Source: Methanocaldococcus indicus (GTDB taxonomy: Archaea > AGJL01 > Methanococci > Methanococcales > Methanocaldococcaceae). From it: a stretch of 64,000 nt of DNA. The DNA lies in the NCBI RefSeq assembly GCF_049554935.1, contig NZ_CP186926.1, positions 672,001 to 736,000 of the forward strand. Direction: 5' to 3'. Both the position numbers and the translations under genes were made by a program. Every line of letters begins with the position of its first letter. Positions within the stretch are counted from its first letter, which is position 1. The notes under the pieces were generated by a model. The model ran no database searches. It was given only the letters and a program-made list of their open reading frames with translations, and was not told the DNA's origin. This document shows positions 33,116-46,196 of this stretch, one piece after another.

Positions 33116-35053
33116 CTACAATCCTTTTCTAACTTTAACAGCTAACCCTTTATTAAATTCTAATAACTCTCTACTATTTAGTATTGCTGTTCCAAACCCT
33201 AAGAGTTCATCATCCTCATTTACAACTAAAACCTCATCATAAGGATAGATATCATTATAGCAATCTATAACAAACTTAGCAAATACATTTTTACCTTGTT
33301 TTACAAATTCAGCAACTGAGTTATCCACAACAACCCTATATTTTGGGAAATCCAAATGTTCCCACAACAACTTAGCTCCTTCTTTTGTAGGAATTAAAAA
33401 GTTATCATAACTTCTTACACTAAAAACAACCTTATCATCTAAATAAACTTGTCTCATTCTACCTGTATTTTTACTTCTAATAACTTTAAACTCTTTATCT
33501 ATATCAACATCAAATTGATACTGTATCATTCTCCTAATTCTAAAACTATCTGCATTAAATTTTTTATAGTCAAATCTATTTATGTAGTAGTTATATGTAT
33601 ATATATCTAAAATATTGTCTTCTCCAATCTTAGATTTTAAATATTTTATGAATTCCTCTTGAAACTCTCTATCTTCTTCAAATTTATAAATGATGTTTGG
33701 ACATTCATGTTGTGAAAGTGGATAGACAGTATCTATATAGTAAGGAACAAATCCAAATATAGGATGTTTTATTAAAATATCTACATCAGTCTCTTTTACA
33801 TTTAAATTTTCACTGTAAGGTTTTTCAACATTTTTATTAATATTGGTTATAAATACTTTTTCAAATTTTAACCTTTTTAATCTCTTTTTATGTTTATAAA
33901 CTTCTGGCCTAAACTTTGATTCATAAGAGGTATAGAAGAAAGCAGATTTTTTTGTTATTGGGTCAAACTTCTCAATAAAATACATATAATTTTTAATTAC
34001 TCTATATGCTTCTAAAAGCTTAGGATGATTTCTAACCCTACTTTCAACTAATTCCCATAAGGAGTTTTCTCTCAAAGCTAATTTAATTCTATTTATTTCA
34101 TCAAATGTAACATATAAGTTATGCTCAGCTAATAATCTCTCTCTATCTTTTTTATCCAACTTAGATAGCTCTTTTGGTGAATATGTAGAACAGATAGGAC
34201 ATGAGCATGGGAAGCTATCTAACTCCTTTAACTCCTCTAAGTGATATGTTCCTCTTTCAGTTAAATATCTATCATCCTTTGCATATAGAGCATAGGCTGC
34301 TGAATCAAATAAATCACATCCCAATAAAACAGCCAAAGAAAAGAACATAGGATGCCCACAGCCAAATAAATGAATAGGTTTGCTTGTAGGAAGATACATC
34401 TTTGAGTTTAAGATAATTTCTACAACCTCTCTAAACCTATAACTTTCCATTAATGGAACAACTGCTCCAATAGGATAAATATCAAAATTTAATTTTGCCA
34501 TTTCTTTGGCTGATTTTTGTCTTAAATCTAAATAAGTAGAACCTTGGATAGTTCCATTTAAGAATATATTTATTTCTCTTTTTCTTTTTAATTCAGCTGC
34601 TATTTTAGCTCTTTCTAATGTTATCTCCAAATCTTTCTCAGCTTTTTCTTTATCAACATCAGGAGGTGTGGGAATATCTAAAATAGTTCCAACATCTACA
34701 CCAATATCATTCTGAAACTTTAAAATTTCTATATTATCTACATCAATATCTCCATAAACAGATAGTTGATAAGAACCACTATCAGTAACTATTACCCCAT
34801 CAAAATCTAAGAGTTTATGAACTCCATCTTTTAATGCTATCTCTTTCAATTCTTCATTTTTATAGATAATATAAGAGTTAGTTATAACAATATTTGTAAG
34901 TTTTTTTATAATTTTAATAGGAACTATTTGTTTTTTAGGATTTGGATGAACAACTGGCATAATTGTTGGTGTTTCAATCTTCTTCTTATTTATCTCTATA
35001 TTTGCCAATTTCCCTAAACCATCTCTTGCTTTAATATCCAAATTAACCACCAA
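33116..35053 (-). CDS. tgtA: Archaeosine tRNA-guanine(15) transglycosylase with PUA domain
   Basis: ETPTIMPV, TDSGSYQ, HLFGCGHP, DLFDSAAY, CSCPIC Zn site and C-terminal PUA (GKNVFAKFV). Confidence 0.95.
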   Translation of the reverse strand: MVVNLDIKARDGLGKLANIEINKKKIETPTIMPVVHPNPKKQIVPIKIIKKLTNIVITNSYIIYKNEELKEIALKDGVHKLLDFDGVIVTDSGSYQLSVYGDIDVDNIEILKFQNDIGVDVGTILDIPTPPDVDKEKAEKDLEITLERAKIAAELKRKREINIFLNGTIQGSTYLDLRQKSAKEMAKLNFDIYPIGAVVPLMESYRFREVVEIILNSKMYLPTSKPIHLFGCGHPMFFSLAVLLGCDLFDSAAYALYAKDDRYLTERGTYHLEELKELDSFPCSCPICSTYSPKELSKLDKKDRERLLAEHNLYVTFDEINRIKLALRENSLWELVESRVRNHPKLLEAYRVIKNYMYFIEKFDPITKKSAFFYTSYESKFRPEVYKHKKRLKRLKFEKVFITNINKNVEKPYSENLNVKETDVDILIKHPIFGFVPYYIDTVYPLSQHECPNIIYKFEEDREFQEEFIKYLKSKIGEDNILDIYTYNYYINRFDYKKFNADSFRIRRMIQYQFDVDIDKEFKVIRSKNTGRMRQVYLDDKVVFSVRSYDNFLIPTKEGAKLLWEHLDFPKYRVVVDNSVAEFVKQGKNVFAKFVIDCYNDIYPYDEVLVVNEDDELLGFGTAILNSRELLEFNKGLAVKVRKGL

Positions 35054-35107
35054 AGAAATTATATGACTTTATTTTACACTATAATATTTTAATTTTTTTA
35101 TTTTTTT

Positions 35108-35121
35108 TAATTTTTATATAG
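35108..35121 (+). promoter_or_regulatory. Probable rRNA operon TATA box
   Basis: TTTATATA at about 35113-35120, upstream of the GC-rich leader. Confidence 0.45.
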
Positions 35122-35232
35122 TTTATATTCCTTAAATGCTTCTAATTGTTTTAATCCTAAAAACATTACAAAAATCAGGTTTGTGCTATTGGATGCAATT
35201 GAAATGCGTCCCCAATCCAAAAGGGTTGGGGC

Positions 35233-35283
35233 TGAGGCAAGCCCCTCGCTTGGGCTGGTGAAATCCCTACTGTAAGCCAGCCC
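35233..35283 (+). other. 16S processing stem 5' arm (bulge-helix-bulge)
   Basis: Complementary to 36817-36867. GGTG/CACC 4-bp helix flanked by 3-nt bulges (AAA, GAA). Confidence 0.88.
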
Positions 35284-35326
35284 CCGCAAGAAAGGTCTCT
35301 CCTTTCTTGCGGCCGTACTCCACTTA

Positions 35327-36804
<1,478 letters not shown>

Positions 36805-36816
36805 GAGAAAAAATTT

Positions 36817-36867
36817 GGGCTGGCTTACAGTAGGGACACCGAAAACCCAAGCGAGGGGCTTGCCTCA
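36817..36867 (+). other. 16S processing stem 3' arm
   Basis: gggctggcttacagtagggacacc-gaa...gaggggcttgcctca pairs with 35233-35283. Confidence 0.88.
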
Positions 36868-36877
36868 TAGGATTAGT

Positions 36878-36950
36878 GGGCCCGTAGCTCAGCTGGGAGA
36901 GCGCCGGCCTTGCAAGCCGGAGGCCGTGGGTTCAAATCCCACCGGGTCCA
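36878..36950 (+). tRNA. tRNA-Ala (UGC)
   Basis: Acceptor gggcccg/cgggtcc with G3:U70, anticodon arm ccggc-ctTGCaa-gccgg, T-loop ttcaaat. CCA not encoded. Confidence 0.98.
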
Positions 36951-37015
36951 CTAAAAAAATAAATGCAGCCCACAACTTTAAAAAGTTGTGGGTGAAGGGC
37001 CCGATAAAAGATGAG

Positions 37016-37060
37016 GGCCGGGCATAAGCCCTTAGCGCCCTGGTGAAATCTGGATACTCT

Positions 37061-37068
<8 letters not shown>
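37016..37068 (+). other. 23S processing stem 5' arm (bulge-helix-bulge)
   Basis: Pairs with 40024-40076. GGTG/CACT helix with AAA and GAA bulges. Confidence 0.85.
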
Positions 37069-40031
<2,963 letters not shown>

Positions 40032-40091
40032 AGAGTATCCAGACACTGAAAGGGCGCTAAGGGCTTATGTCCGGCCCCACTATTTATCCAA

Positions 40092-40205
40092 CACGGCGGC
40101 CATAGCGGGGGTGACACACCCGGACCCATTCCGAACCCGGAAGTTAAGCCCCCCAGCGATGCCCCGAGTACTGCCATCTGGCGGGAAAGGGGCGACGCCG
40201 CCGGT
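40092..40205 (+). rRNA. rrf: 5S rRNA
   Basis: cggcggccatagcgg...cccattccgaacccggaagttaagcc...gccgccg, followed by a T-rich tract. Confidence 0.95.
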
Positions 40206-40230
40206 TATTATTTATTATTTTATTTATTTT
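40205..40230 (+). terminator. T-rich terminator of rRNA operon
   Basis: ttattattttattattttatttatttt immediately after 5S. Confidence 0.5.
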
Positions 40231-40261
40231 AGATAATATTTATTAATTTAAATTTAATTTT

Positions 40262-40528
40262 TGGTGAGGGGGCTGGTGGCTATCCCTCCAATAATGGAGG
40301 GAGGAAGTTCCGCCCACCCCAAATTTATGGGCTGAAACTCCCGAGAGGGAGTGGGAGGAGCAACAGAAACGACACGGCCTCGGGAGAGATGGTGATGATA
40401 TCCAAAAATTGAAGACCTCCCGAGGAATCGGTGAAACGGGCTCCTCCCCAGCCCTGGGGTGCAAGGCGTTAAGCCGCTTAGCCGAATGCCACCGAAATTA
40501 CAGAAGGCGGGCTATAGCCCCCACACCA
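40262..40528 (+). ncRNA. rnpB: RNase P RNA (archaeal type M)
   Basis: GC-rich island with CR-I gaggaagttccgcc, acagaaac, gtgaaac, gtgcaa and CR-V acagaaggcgggct. P1 formed by tggtg..gggggct / agccccc..cacca. Confidence 0.93.
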
Positions 40529-40690
40529 AATTTAAAAATTTTAATTATATTAAAATTTATAATATAGATTATTTATTATTTTTATAAATATTATATCCAT
40601 ATATTTAAATATATATAATACAATTCCATAATTTTTTAAGAAGAAGTTATATAATAACTTCTTAAAATTCTAAATAAAAAGGATGATAGT

Positions 40691-41452
40691 ATGGATATAA
40701 TTACATTAACAACAGATTTTGGATACTCTGATGGATTTGTTGGAGCCATGAAAGGGAGAATATATTCTATTTTAAAAAAATATAATAGAAGAGTTGAAAT
40801 AGTTGATATATGCCACAATGTTAGACCCTTTAACATCTACAATGGTGCTTATGTTTTATTAACATCTATTCCCTATTATCCTCCATCTGTTCATATAGCA
40901 GTTATTGACCCAACAGTTGGAAGTGAGAGGAACAGTATTGTTGTTAAACTAAAAAATGGGAGTTATATTGTTGCTCCAGATAATGGATTAGTTAGTTATG
41001 TAGTTAATAGAATTGGAATTGATAAAATATATAGGATTGATGAAACTAAATATAGTCCTTCATCTACATTTCATGGGAGAGATGTTTATGCAGTTGTAGG
41101 AGCAGAAATAGTTGCTGGGATATTTGAAGGAGAGGAAATAGATAAGATAGTTAAATTAGATGATACTAAGAAAAGAGTAATTCACATAGATAGATTTGGA
41201 AATATAATAACAAATATAAAAAGAGATGAAATAAACTTTAAGCTTTATGACTATATTAAAATAAAGTTTAAAACAAAGAAAGGAGAAAAAATTATTAAAT
41301 GCAAATTTGTAAAGTCATACTTTGAAGGAGGAAATGAGTTTATTTGTCTAATTAATAGTGAAGGTTTCTTAGAGATAGCTAAGTTTATGGACAATGCAGC
41401 TAATTTATTAGATGTTGATTATTTAGATGAGGTAGAAATATGCAACCAATAG
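40691..41452 (+). CDS. SAM hydrolase / SAM hydroxide adenosyltransferase (DUF62)
   Basis: ITLTTDFG, VIDPTVG, APDNG, STFHGRDVYA and HIDRFGN. Confidence 0.92.
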   Translation: MDIITLTTDFGYSDGFVGAMKGRIYSILKKYNRRVEIVDICHNVRPFNIYNGAYVLLTSIPYYPPSVHIAVIDPTVGSERNSIVVKLKNGSYIVAPDNGLVSYVVNRIGIDKIYRIDETKYSPSSTFHGRDVYAVVGAEIVAGIFEGEEIDKIVKLDDTKKRVIHIDRFGNIITNIKRDEINFKLYDYIKIKFKTKKGEKIIKCKFVKSYFEGGNEFICLINSEGFLEIAKFMDNAANLLDVDYLDEVEICNQ

Positions 41453-42429
41453 CAGTATGGATGCAAGATGATATATATAGAGATTTTAGTATTGGGAAAA
41501 GTTTAACCATTATTTTAAAAACTAAAGGTTGTTCTCATAGAAAATGTGTTTTTTGTTCTTATTATTTAGACTCAGCTAATGAAGAAGTGAGCAAAGAAGA
41601 TTTAATTAAGCAGTTTAATTATGCAATAAATAAATATAATGATAAAATTAAAAATTTAAAAGATTTTTCTGTTAAAATATTTACTTCAGGTAGTTTTTTA
41701 GATGATAATGAAGTTCCTAAGGAAGTTAGAGAATATATTTATAAGAAGTTATCTGAATTTAAAAATCTAAAAGAGTTGGCTATTGAGTCAAGAGCTGAAT
41801 ATATAACTGACAAAAAACTGGAAGAAATTAGAAAATATTTAGATGTTAATGTTGAGATAGGTTTAGGTGTTGAGACAAGCAATGAGGAGCTTAGAGAGAT
41901 TTTAGGGAAGGATTTAAAAAATGAAGATATAGATAGAGTTTTAAATTTATCTAAAAAATTTGATATTGGAATTAAAGCTTATCTATTAATTAAGCCACCA
42001 TTTTTAACTGAAAAGAGTGCAATAAAAGATGCTATAAAATCAGCTGAATTTTGTATTAAAAAAGGTTTTTCAAGAGTTTCCTTTTGTCCTTTAACAGTAC
42101 ATAAAGATACATTAGTAGAAAAGTTATGGAAAAAAAAGCAGTATAGACCTCCATTTTTATGGAGTATTATTGAAATAATAAAATATCTTAAAGAAAAGTA
42201 TCCTAATTATTTAATTATGGTAGATACAGCAGGTATTCCTTCTAAGAGAGGAGCACATAACAACTGTGAGTGTGACTATAAAATAAAGAATCTTTTAGAA
42301 AGATACACAATAACTCAAAATGTAGAGATTTTAAATATTGATTGCAAATGTAAAAAAGTATGGAAAGAATTTTTAAAAGTGGAAACACTACCTATTCAGG
42401 AATCTGTGTTGCTGGAGCCACTACACTAA
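41440..42429 (+). CDS. Archaeosine biosynthesis radical SAM protein RaSEA (TIGR01210)
   Basis: GCSHRKCVFC, KIFTSGSFLD, YLLIKPPFLTE, YRPPFLWS and RGAHNNC. Confidence 0.88.
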   Translation: MQPIAVWMQDDIYRDFSIGKSLTIILKTKGCSHRKCVFCSYYLDSANEEVSKEDLIKQFNYAINKYNDKIKNLKDFSVKIFTSGSFLDDNEVPKEVREYIYKKLSEFKNLKELAIESRAEYITDKKLEEIRKYLDVNVEIGLGVETSNEELREILGKDLKNEDIDRVLNLSKKFDIGIKAYLLIKPPFLTEKSAIKDAIKSAEFCIKKGFSRVSFCPLTVHKDTLVEKLWKKKQYRPPFLWSIIEIIKYLKEKYPNYLIMVDTAGIPSKRGAHNNCECDYKIKNLLERYTITQNVEILNIDCKCKKVWKEFLKVETLPIQESVLLEPLH

Positions 42430-42817
42430 GTTTAGCTAATTTTACACCTTTTGTAGAGTTTAACTTATTTTTTAGTTCAACAATTCTTTTAGCGTCTCCT
42501 TTAACCATAATTATTTCTAAACAATGTTTATCATCCAAATGAATATGCAAATTAGCTAAGATAACATCCCTATATTCATGTTGCAAATCAGTTATTTTTT
42601 CCATAACCTCTGGGGCATGATGATTATAAATTATTGATATAGTTCCAATTCTCTCCCCTTTTAAGCTTTTTAACCATTTATATCTTAAAATATACTCTCT
42701 TAAAGCATCTCTTATAGCCTCACTTCTACTGGCATATCCTTTTTCATCAATTATCTCATCAAATTCTTTAAGTAATTTAGATGGTAAAGATATACTTATC
42801 CTCTCCATATCACTCAT
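42392..42817 (-). CDS. nikR: Nickel-responsive regulator NikR
   Basis: RISISL...GYASRSEAIRDA RHH domain. LQHE, HIHLD..HCLE nickel site. Confidence 0.95.
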   Translation of the reverse strand: MSDMERISISLPSKLLKEFDEIIDEKGYASRSEAIRDALREYILRYKWLKSLKGERIGTISIIYNHHAPEVMEKITDLQHEYRDVILANLHIHLDDKHCLEIIMVKGDAKRIVELKNKLNSTKGVKLAKLSVVAPATQIPE

Positions 42818-42851
42818 GCTTTCACCCAAAAAATTAATAAAATTAATAACA

Positions 42852-42867
42852 AGTAATAACTATTACT
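42852..42867. promoter_or_regulatory. Perfect inverted repeat in nikR/connectase divergent promoter
   Basis: AGTAATA-ac-TATTACT. Confidence 0.4.
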
Positions 42868-42902
42868 CAAATATTATATAAAACAATATTATTTGTGAGA
42901 GC

Positions 42903-43787
42903 ATGACACTAATTATTTGTTATTATGGAGCTAATGGCTCAGTTATTGCAGGAGATAAGAGACAAATATTTTTCAGAGGTAATGAAGAAAAAAGAAAGAT
43001 TTTAGAAGAAAAGTTATATTCAGGAGAGATAAAGAGTGAAGAAGAGCTTTATAAATTGGCAGAAGAATTAGGAATAAAAGTTATTATTGAAGATAATAGA
43101 GAAAAAGTTTGGAGAGTTAATGATAAAGTTATAGCTGGAGAAGTTAGAAGCTTGGGAATAGATGCAAAAAGAAGAAGAGTATATTCAACAAAAAACAAAT
43201 GTTGTATTTTAGAAATATTAAATGATGAAATAACTAATGAAATATATAAAGAAGGTTTTGGATTGATAGTTTTTGGAAATAAGTATTTAAAAGAAAAAGT
43301 AAGTGAAGAACTAAAAAATAAAGCTAAATTATTTCCAATGATGAATCTAAAAGAAATAGAAAATATCATAAAAGAGTTTTATAATAAATATAACTGGCAT
43401 CCAACATTAAGTAAAGATGTAGATATTTTAAGTGTTGATAAGGAAGAGAAGAACTTTAAAGAGGTTATTAAAAAAGATGTTGAAAAGCTTTTTAAATATA
43501 GAGAGGAGTTAAGACAAAAGTTAATAGATTTTGGTAAAGTTATGACTATTATAAACAAAATTGTTAGAAATGGAGAAGTTGGCTATATAAAAGATGGAAA
43601 ATTACATCTTTATGATGATTTTATAGCAATAGACAAAATATCTCCTGATGCTAAAAAATATAAGGTTATTGAAGTTGATGGAGATATAAAGGATGGAGAT
43701 ATTATTGTTATAGAAAATGGAGAAATGAAAGTAAAAAACACAGATAAAAAAGTAATGACTAACTATACAATTTGTTACAAATTTTGA
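42903..43787 (+). CDS. Connectase (DUF2121, proteasome-beta-like Ntn protein ligase)
   Basis: (M)[23 protein letters not shown]...LYSGEIK, with N-terminal Thr after Met removal. Matches recalled MJ0548 family. Confidence 0.82.
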   Translation: MTLIICYYGANGSVIAGDKRQIFFRGNEEKRKILEEKLYSGEIKSEEELYKLAEELGIKVIIEDNREKVWRVNDKVIAGEVRSLGIDAKRRRVYSTKNKCCILEILNDEITNEIYKEGFGLIVFGNKYLKEKVSEELKNKAKLFPMMNLKEIENIIKEFYNKYNWHPTLSKDVDILSVDKEEKNFKEVIKKDVEKLFKYREELRQKLIDFGKVMTIINKIVRNGEVGYIKDGKLHLYDDFIAIDKISPDAKKYKVIEVDGDIKDGDIIVIENGEMKVKNTDKKVMTNYTICYKF

Positions 43788-43798
43788 GGGTGGAATTT

Positions 43799-44581
43799 AT
43801 GGCAATTGCTATAGCTATTGCTTCTGGAAAAGGAGGTACTGGAAAAACTACAATTGCTGCTAATTTGGCTGTTGCTTTGGCAAAATTTGGAAAAAAAGTG
43901 GCTGTTTTAGATGCAGATATTGCTATGGCTAATCTTGAGTTAATTATGGGTTTAGAAGGAAAGCCAGTAACTTTAAATGATGTATTGGCAGGAAAAGCAG
44001 ATATAAAGGAAGCTATTTATGAAGGACCTGAAGGAGTTTTAGTTATTCCAGCTGGAGTATCATTAGAAAAGTTTAGGAGAGCTAAACCTGAAAAGTTGGA
44101 AGAGGTTCTAAAAACAATTCATGATATGGTAGATATCTTAATTATTGATTGTCCAGCTGGAATTGGAAAAGAAACACTAATAGCTATTTCATCAGCAGAT
44201 GGATTAATAGTAGTTGTTAATCCTGAAATATCCTCTATATCAGATGCTTTAAAAGTTTTAGCAATAGCAAAAAGATTAGGTACTGATATTATTGGAGCTA
44301 TTGTAAATAGAGTTTCTAATGAAAGTACTGAGTTGAGTGTTAAAGCTATACAAACTATTTTAGATGTTCCAGTTATTGGAGTAGTCCCAGAAGACCCAAA
44401 TGTTAGAAAAGCCGCAGCTTTTGGAGTTCCTTTAGTTGTTATGTATCCAGACTCTCCAGCTTCAGAGGCAATTATGCAAATAGCTGCTAAGTTAATAGGA
44501 GCTAAATATGAACCAAAAACTAAAAAGAAAAAAGAAGGATTTATTTCCAGATTCCTTAAGGGGCTATTTGGGAGGAGATAA
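43799..44581 (+). CDS. minD: MinD-family ATPase (archaeal MinD)
   Basis: SGKGGTGKTT, DADIAMANL, IDCPAG and C-terminal amphipathic FISRFLKGLFG. Confidence 0.92.
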   Translation: MAIAIAIASGKGGTGKTTIAANLAVALAKFGKKVAVLDADIAMANLELIMGLEGKPVTLNDVLAGKADIKEAIYEGPEGVLVIPAGVSLEKFRRAKPEKLEEVLKTIHDMVDILIIDCPAGIGKETLIAISSADGLIVVVNPEISSISDALKVLAIAKRLGTDIIGAIVNRVSNESTELSVKAIQTILDVPVIGVVPEDPNVRKAAAFGVPLVVMYPDSPASEAIMQIAAKLIGAKYEPKTKKKKEGFISRFLKGLFGRR

Positions 44582-44583
44582 AG

Positions 44584-44763
44584 ATGGAACTCTTTATTAT
44601 ATATGTAGTTATGAGTATTAGTATTGGTCTAAATGTCATATTAGGAATTAAAGTATATCAGCTACAACAAGAATTAAACAACATAAAAAAAGCAACGGCA
44701 TTAACAAAGGAGGAAGTACAAAAACTAAATGAAAGATTAAGAAGATTAAAGCTTGGTGAATAA
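44584..44763 (+). CDS. Small 59-aa TM + coiled-coil protein (absent from ORF track)
   Basis: MELFIIYVVMSISIGLNVILGIKVYQLQQELNNIKKATALTKEEVQKLNERLRRLKLGE*. GGAGG RBS upstream; fills the gap between minD and the next gene exactly. Confidence 0.82.
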   Translation: MELFIIYVVMSISIGLNVILGIKVYQLQQELNNIKKATALTKEEVQKLNERLRRLKLGE

Positions 44764-44765
44764 TT

Positions 44766-45428
44766 ATGAAACTAAATTTACTAATGTTCTTGTTTTTATT
44801 TTTTGCCTTTACTATTGTTAATGCTCAAGAGATTGATATAGTTCCTAAAACACCTTATGTAAATGATTCAGTATATATCATATTTGAATGGAGAGCTCCA
44901 ACTAATCTTGAAGATTTTAATTTAACAATAACCTCAGATACTATTGACTTTAAAAATACTACTTTATACTATGCAGGAGTTGCAAAAGATACCTTAATAT
45001 TTAATATATTTGAGGGAACAGCAAAATATCCAGGAACAAATTATATAACAATTGATATGAGCTATTATGTAGATGGAACAAAAATAACAAAAACAATAAC
45101 TAAGAATATTTATGTGCAAAAACCAAAAGTAATAATTAAATATGTTCCAAAGTACATTTATGTAAATGTGACAAAATACATAAATACTTCAAAATATGAA
45201 AATAATACATCATTAGTAAAAGAAAAAAATAACAACACAAATATAATTGAGGAAAATATTAGCACTAATATACAAAAAGAGAAGAACTCAACCAATAATT
45301 ATACTACAACAAACACTAATACAACAGAAAGTAGTGGGATAACACCAATGACTATATTATATGGAATTATTGGGTTAATTTTAGGATTTGGAGCTACATA
45401 TATGTTTATATATATTATGAAATTATAA
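44766..45428 (+). CDS. Secreted, C-terminally anchored surface protein with Asn/Thr-rich stalk
   Basis: N-terminal signal peptide, beta-rich domain, many N-x-S/T sequons and a C-terminal TM helix. Confidence 0.75.
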   Translation: MKLNLLMFLFLFFAFTIVNAQEIDIVPKTPYVNDSVYIIFEWRAPTNLEDFNLTITSDTIDFKNTTLYYAGVAKDTLIFNIFEGTAKYPGTNYITIDMSYYVDGTKITKTITKNIYVQKPKVIIKYVPKYIYVNVTKYINTSKYENNTSLVKEKNNNTNIIEENISTNIQKEKNSTNNYTTTNTNTTESSGITPMTILYGIIGLILGFGATYMFIYIMKL

Positions 45429-45458
45429 TTTATTTTTCTTTTTTTGGGAGATGAAATA

Positions 45459-46196
45459 ATGATAAAAAGAAAATTAGAAGTTTTTGGTTTAGAAATGCCT
45501 ATTATCAAAAAAGATGAAAGATTTGACTTGGCAAGAGAAATTGCTAAATTTCCTCTACAAGATTATGATATTGTTGTTGTAGCTGAGACATTAGTAGCTA
45601 AGTTGGAAGGTAGAGTTATAGACAAAGACAAAATAGTCCCATCAGAAAAAGCTAAGGAATTAGCTGAACTAACTGGAAAAGACCCAAAAATTGTCCAAGC
45701 TATTTTAGATGAGGCTAAAGAAATTATAAAAATAGGGAAAAACTTTATAATAACTGAGACAAAGCACGGTTATGTTATGGCAAATAGTGGAGTAGATGAA
45801 AGTAATACTTTGGGTATAAAGCTTTTACCAAAAAATCCTGATGAATCAGCAGAAAAGTTAAGAAAAGAGTTAGAAAAACTAACTGGAAAAAAAATTGGTG
45901 TTATTATATCAGATAGTGTAGGAAGACCTTTCAGAAAAGGAGCAGTTGGGATAGCTTTGGGGGTTAGTGGAATCTTAGCTTTATGGGATAGGAAGGGGGA
46001 GAAAGATTTATTTGGGAGAGAATTAAAATCAACAGAAGTAGCTATTGCAGATGAATTAGCAAGCTTAGCTAATGTGGTTATGGGAGAAGCAGATGAAGGA
46101 ATCCCTGTTGTAGTTATTAGAGGAGCTAATGTTCCATTTGGGGAAGGTAAAGGGAGGGATTTAATTAGGAGTAAAGAGGAGGATGTATTTAGATGA
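45459..46196 (+). CDS. cofE: Coenzyme F420-0:L-glutamate ligase
   Basis: ANSGVDESN, LLPKNPD.SA, IISDSVGRPFR.G, ADELAS and GEADEGIPVVVIRG. Confidence 0.95.
   Translation: MIKRKLEVFGLEMPIIKKDERFDLAREIAKFPLQDYDIVVVAETLVAKLEGRVIDKDKIVPSEKAKELAELTGKDPKIVQAILDEAKEIIKIGKNFIITETKHGYVMANSGVDESNTLGIKLLPKNPDESAEKLRKELEKLTGKKIGVIISDSVGRPFRKGAVGIALGVSGILALWDRKGEKDLFGRELKSTEVAIADELASLANVVMGEADEGIPVVVIRGANVPFGEGKGRDLIRSKEEDVFR

Noticed and set aside
35107-35289. 60-aa minus-strand ORF, and an aaaatcag...attgaaat string faintly resembling a CRISPR repeat
   Set aside because: Lies in the rRNA promoter/leader. Single copy, wrong length, no spacers or cas genes.
40243-40464. 73-aa minus-strand ORF
   Set aside because: Antisense to the RNase P RNA.
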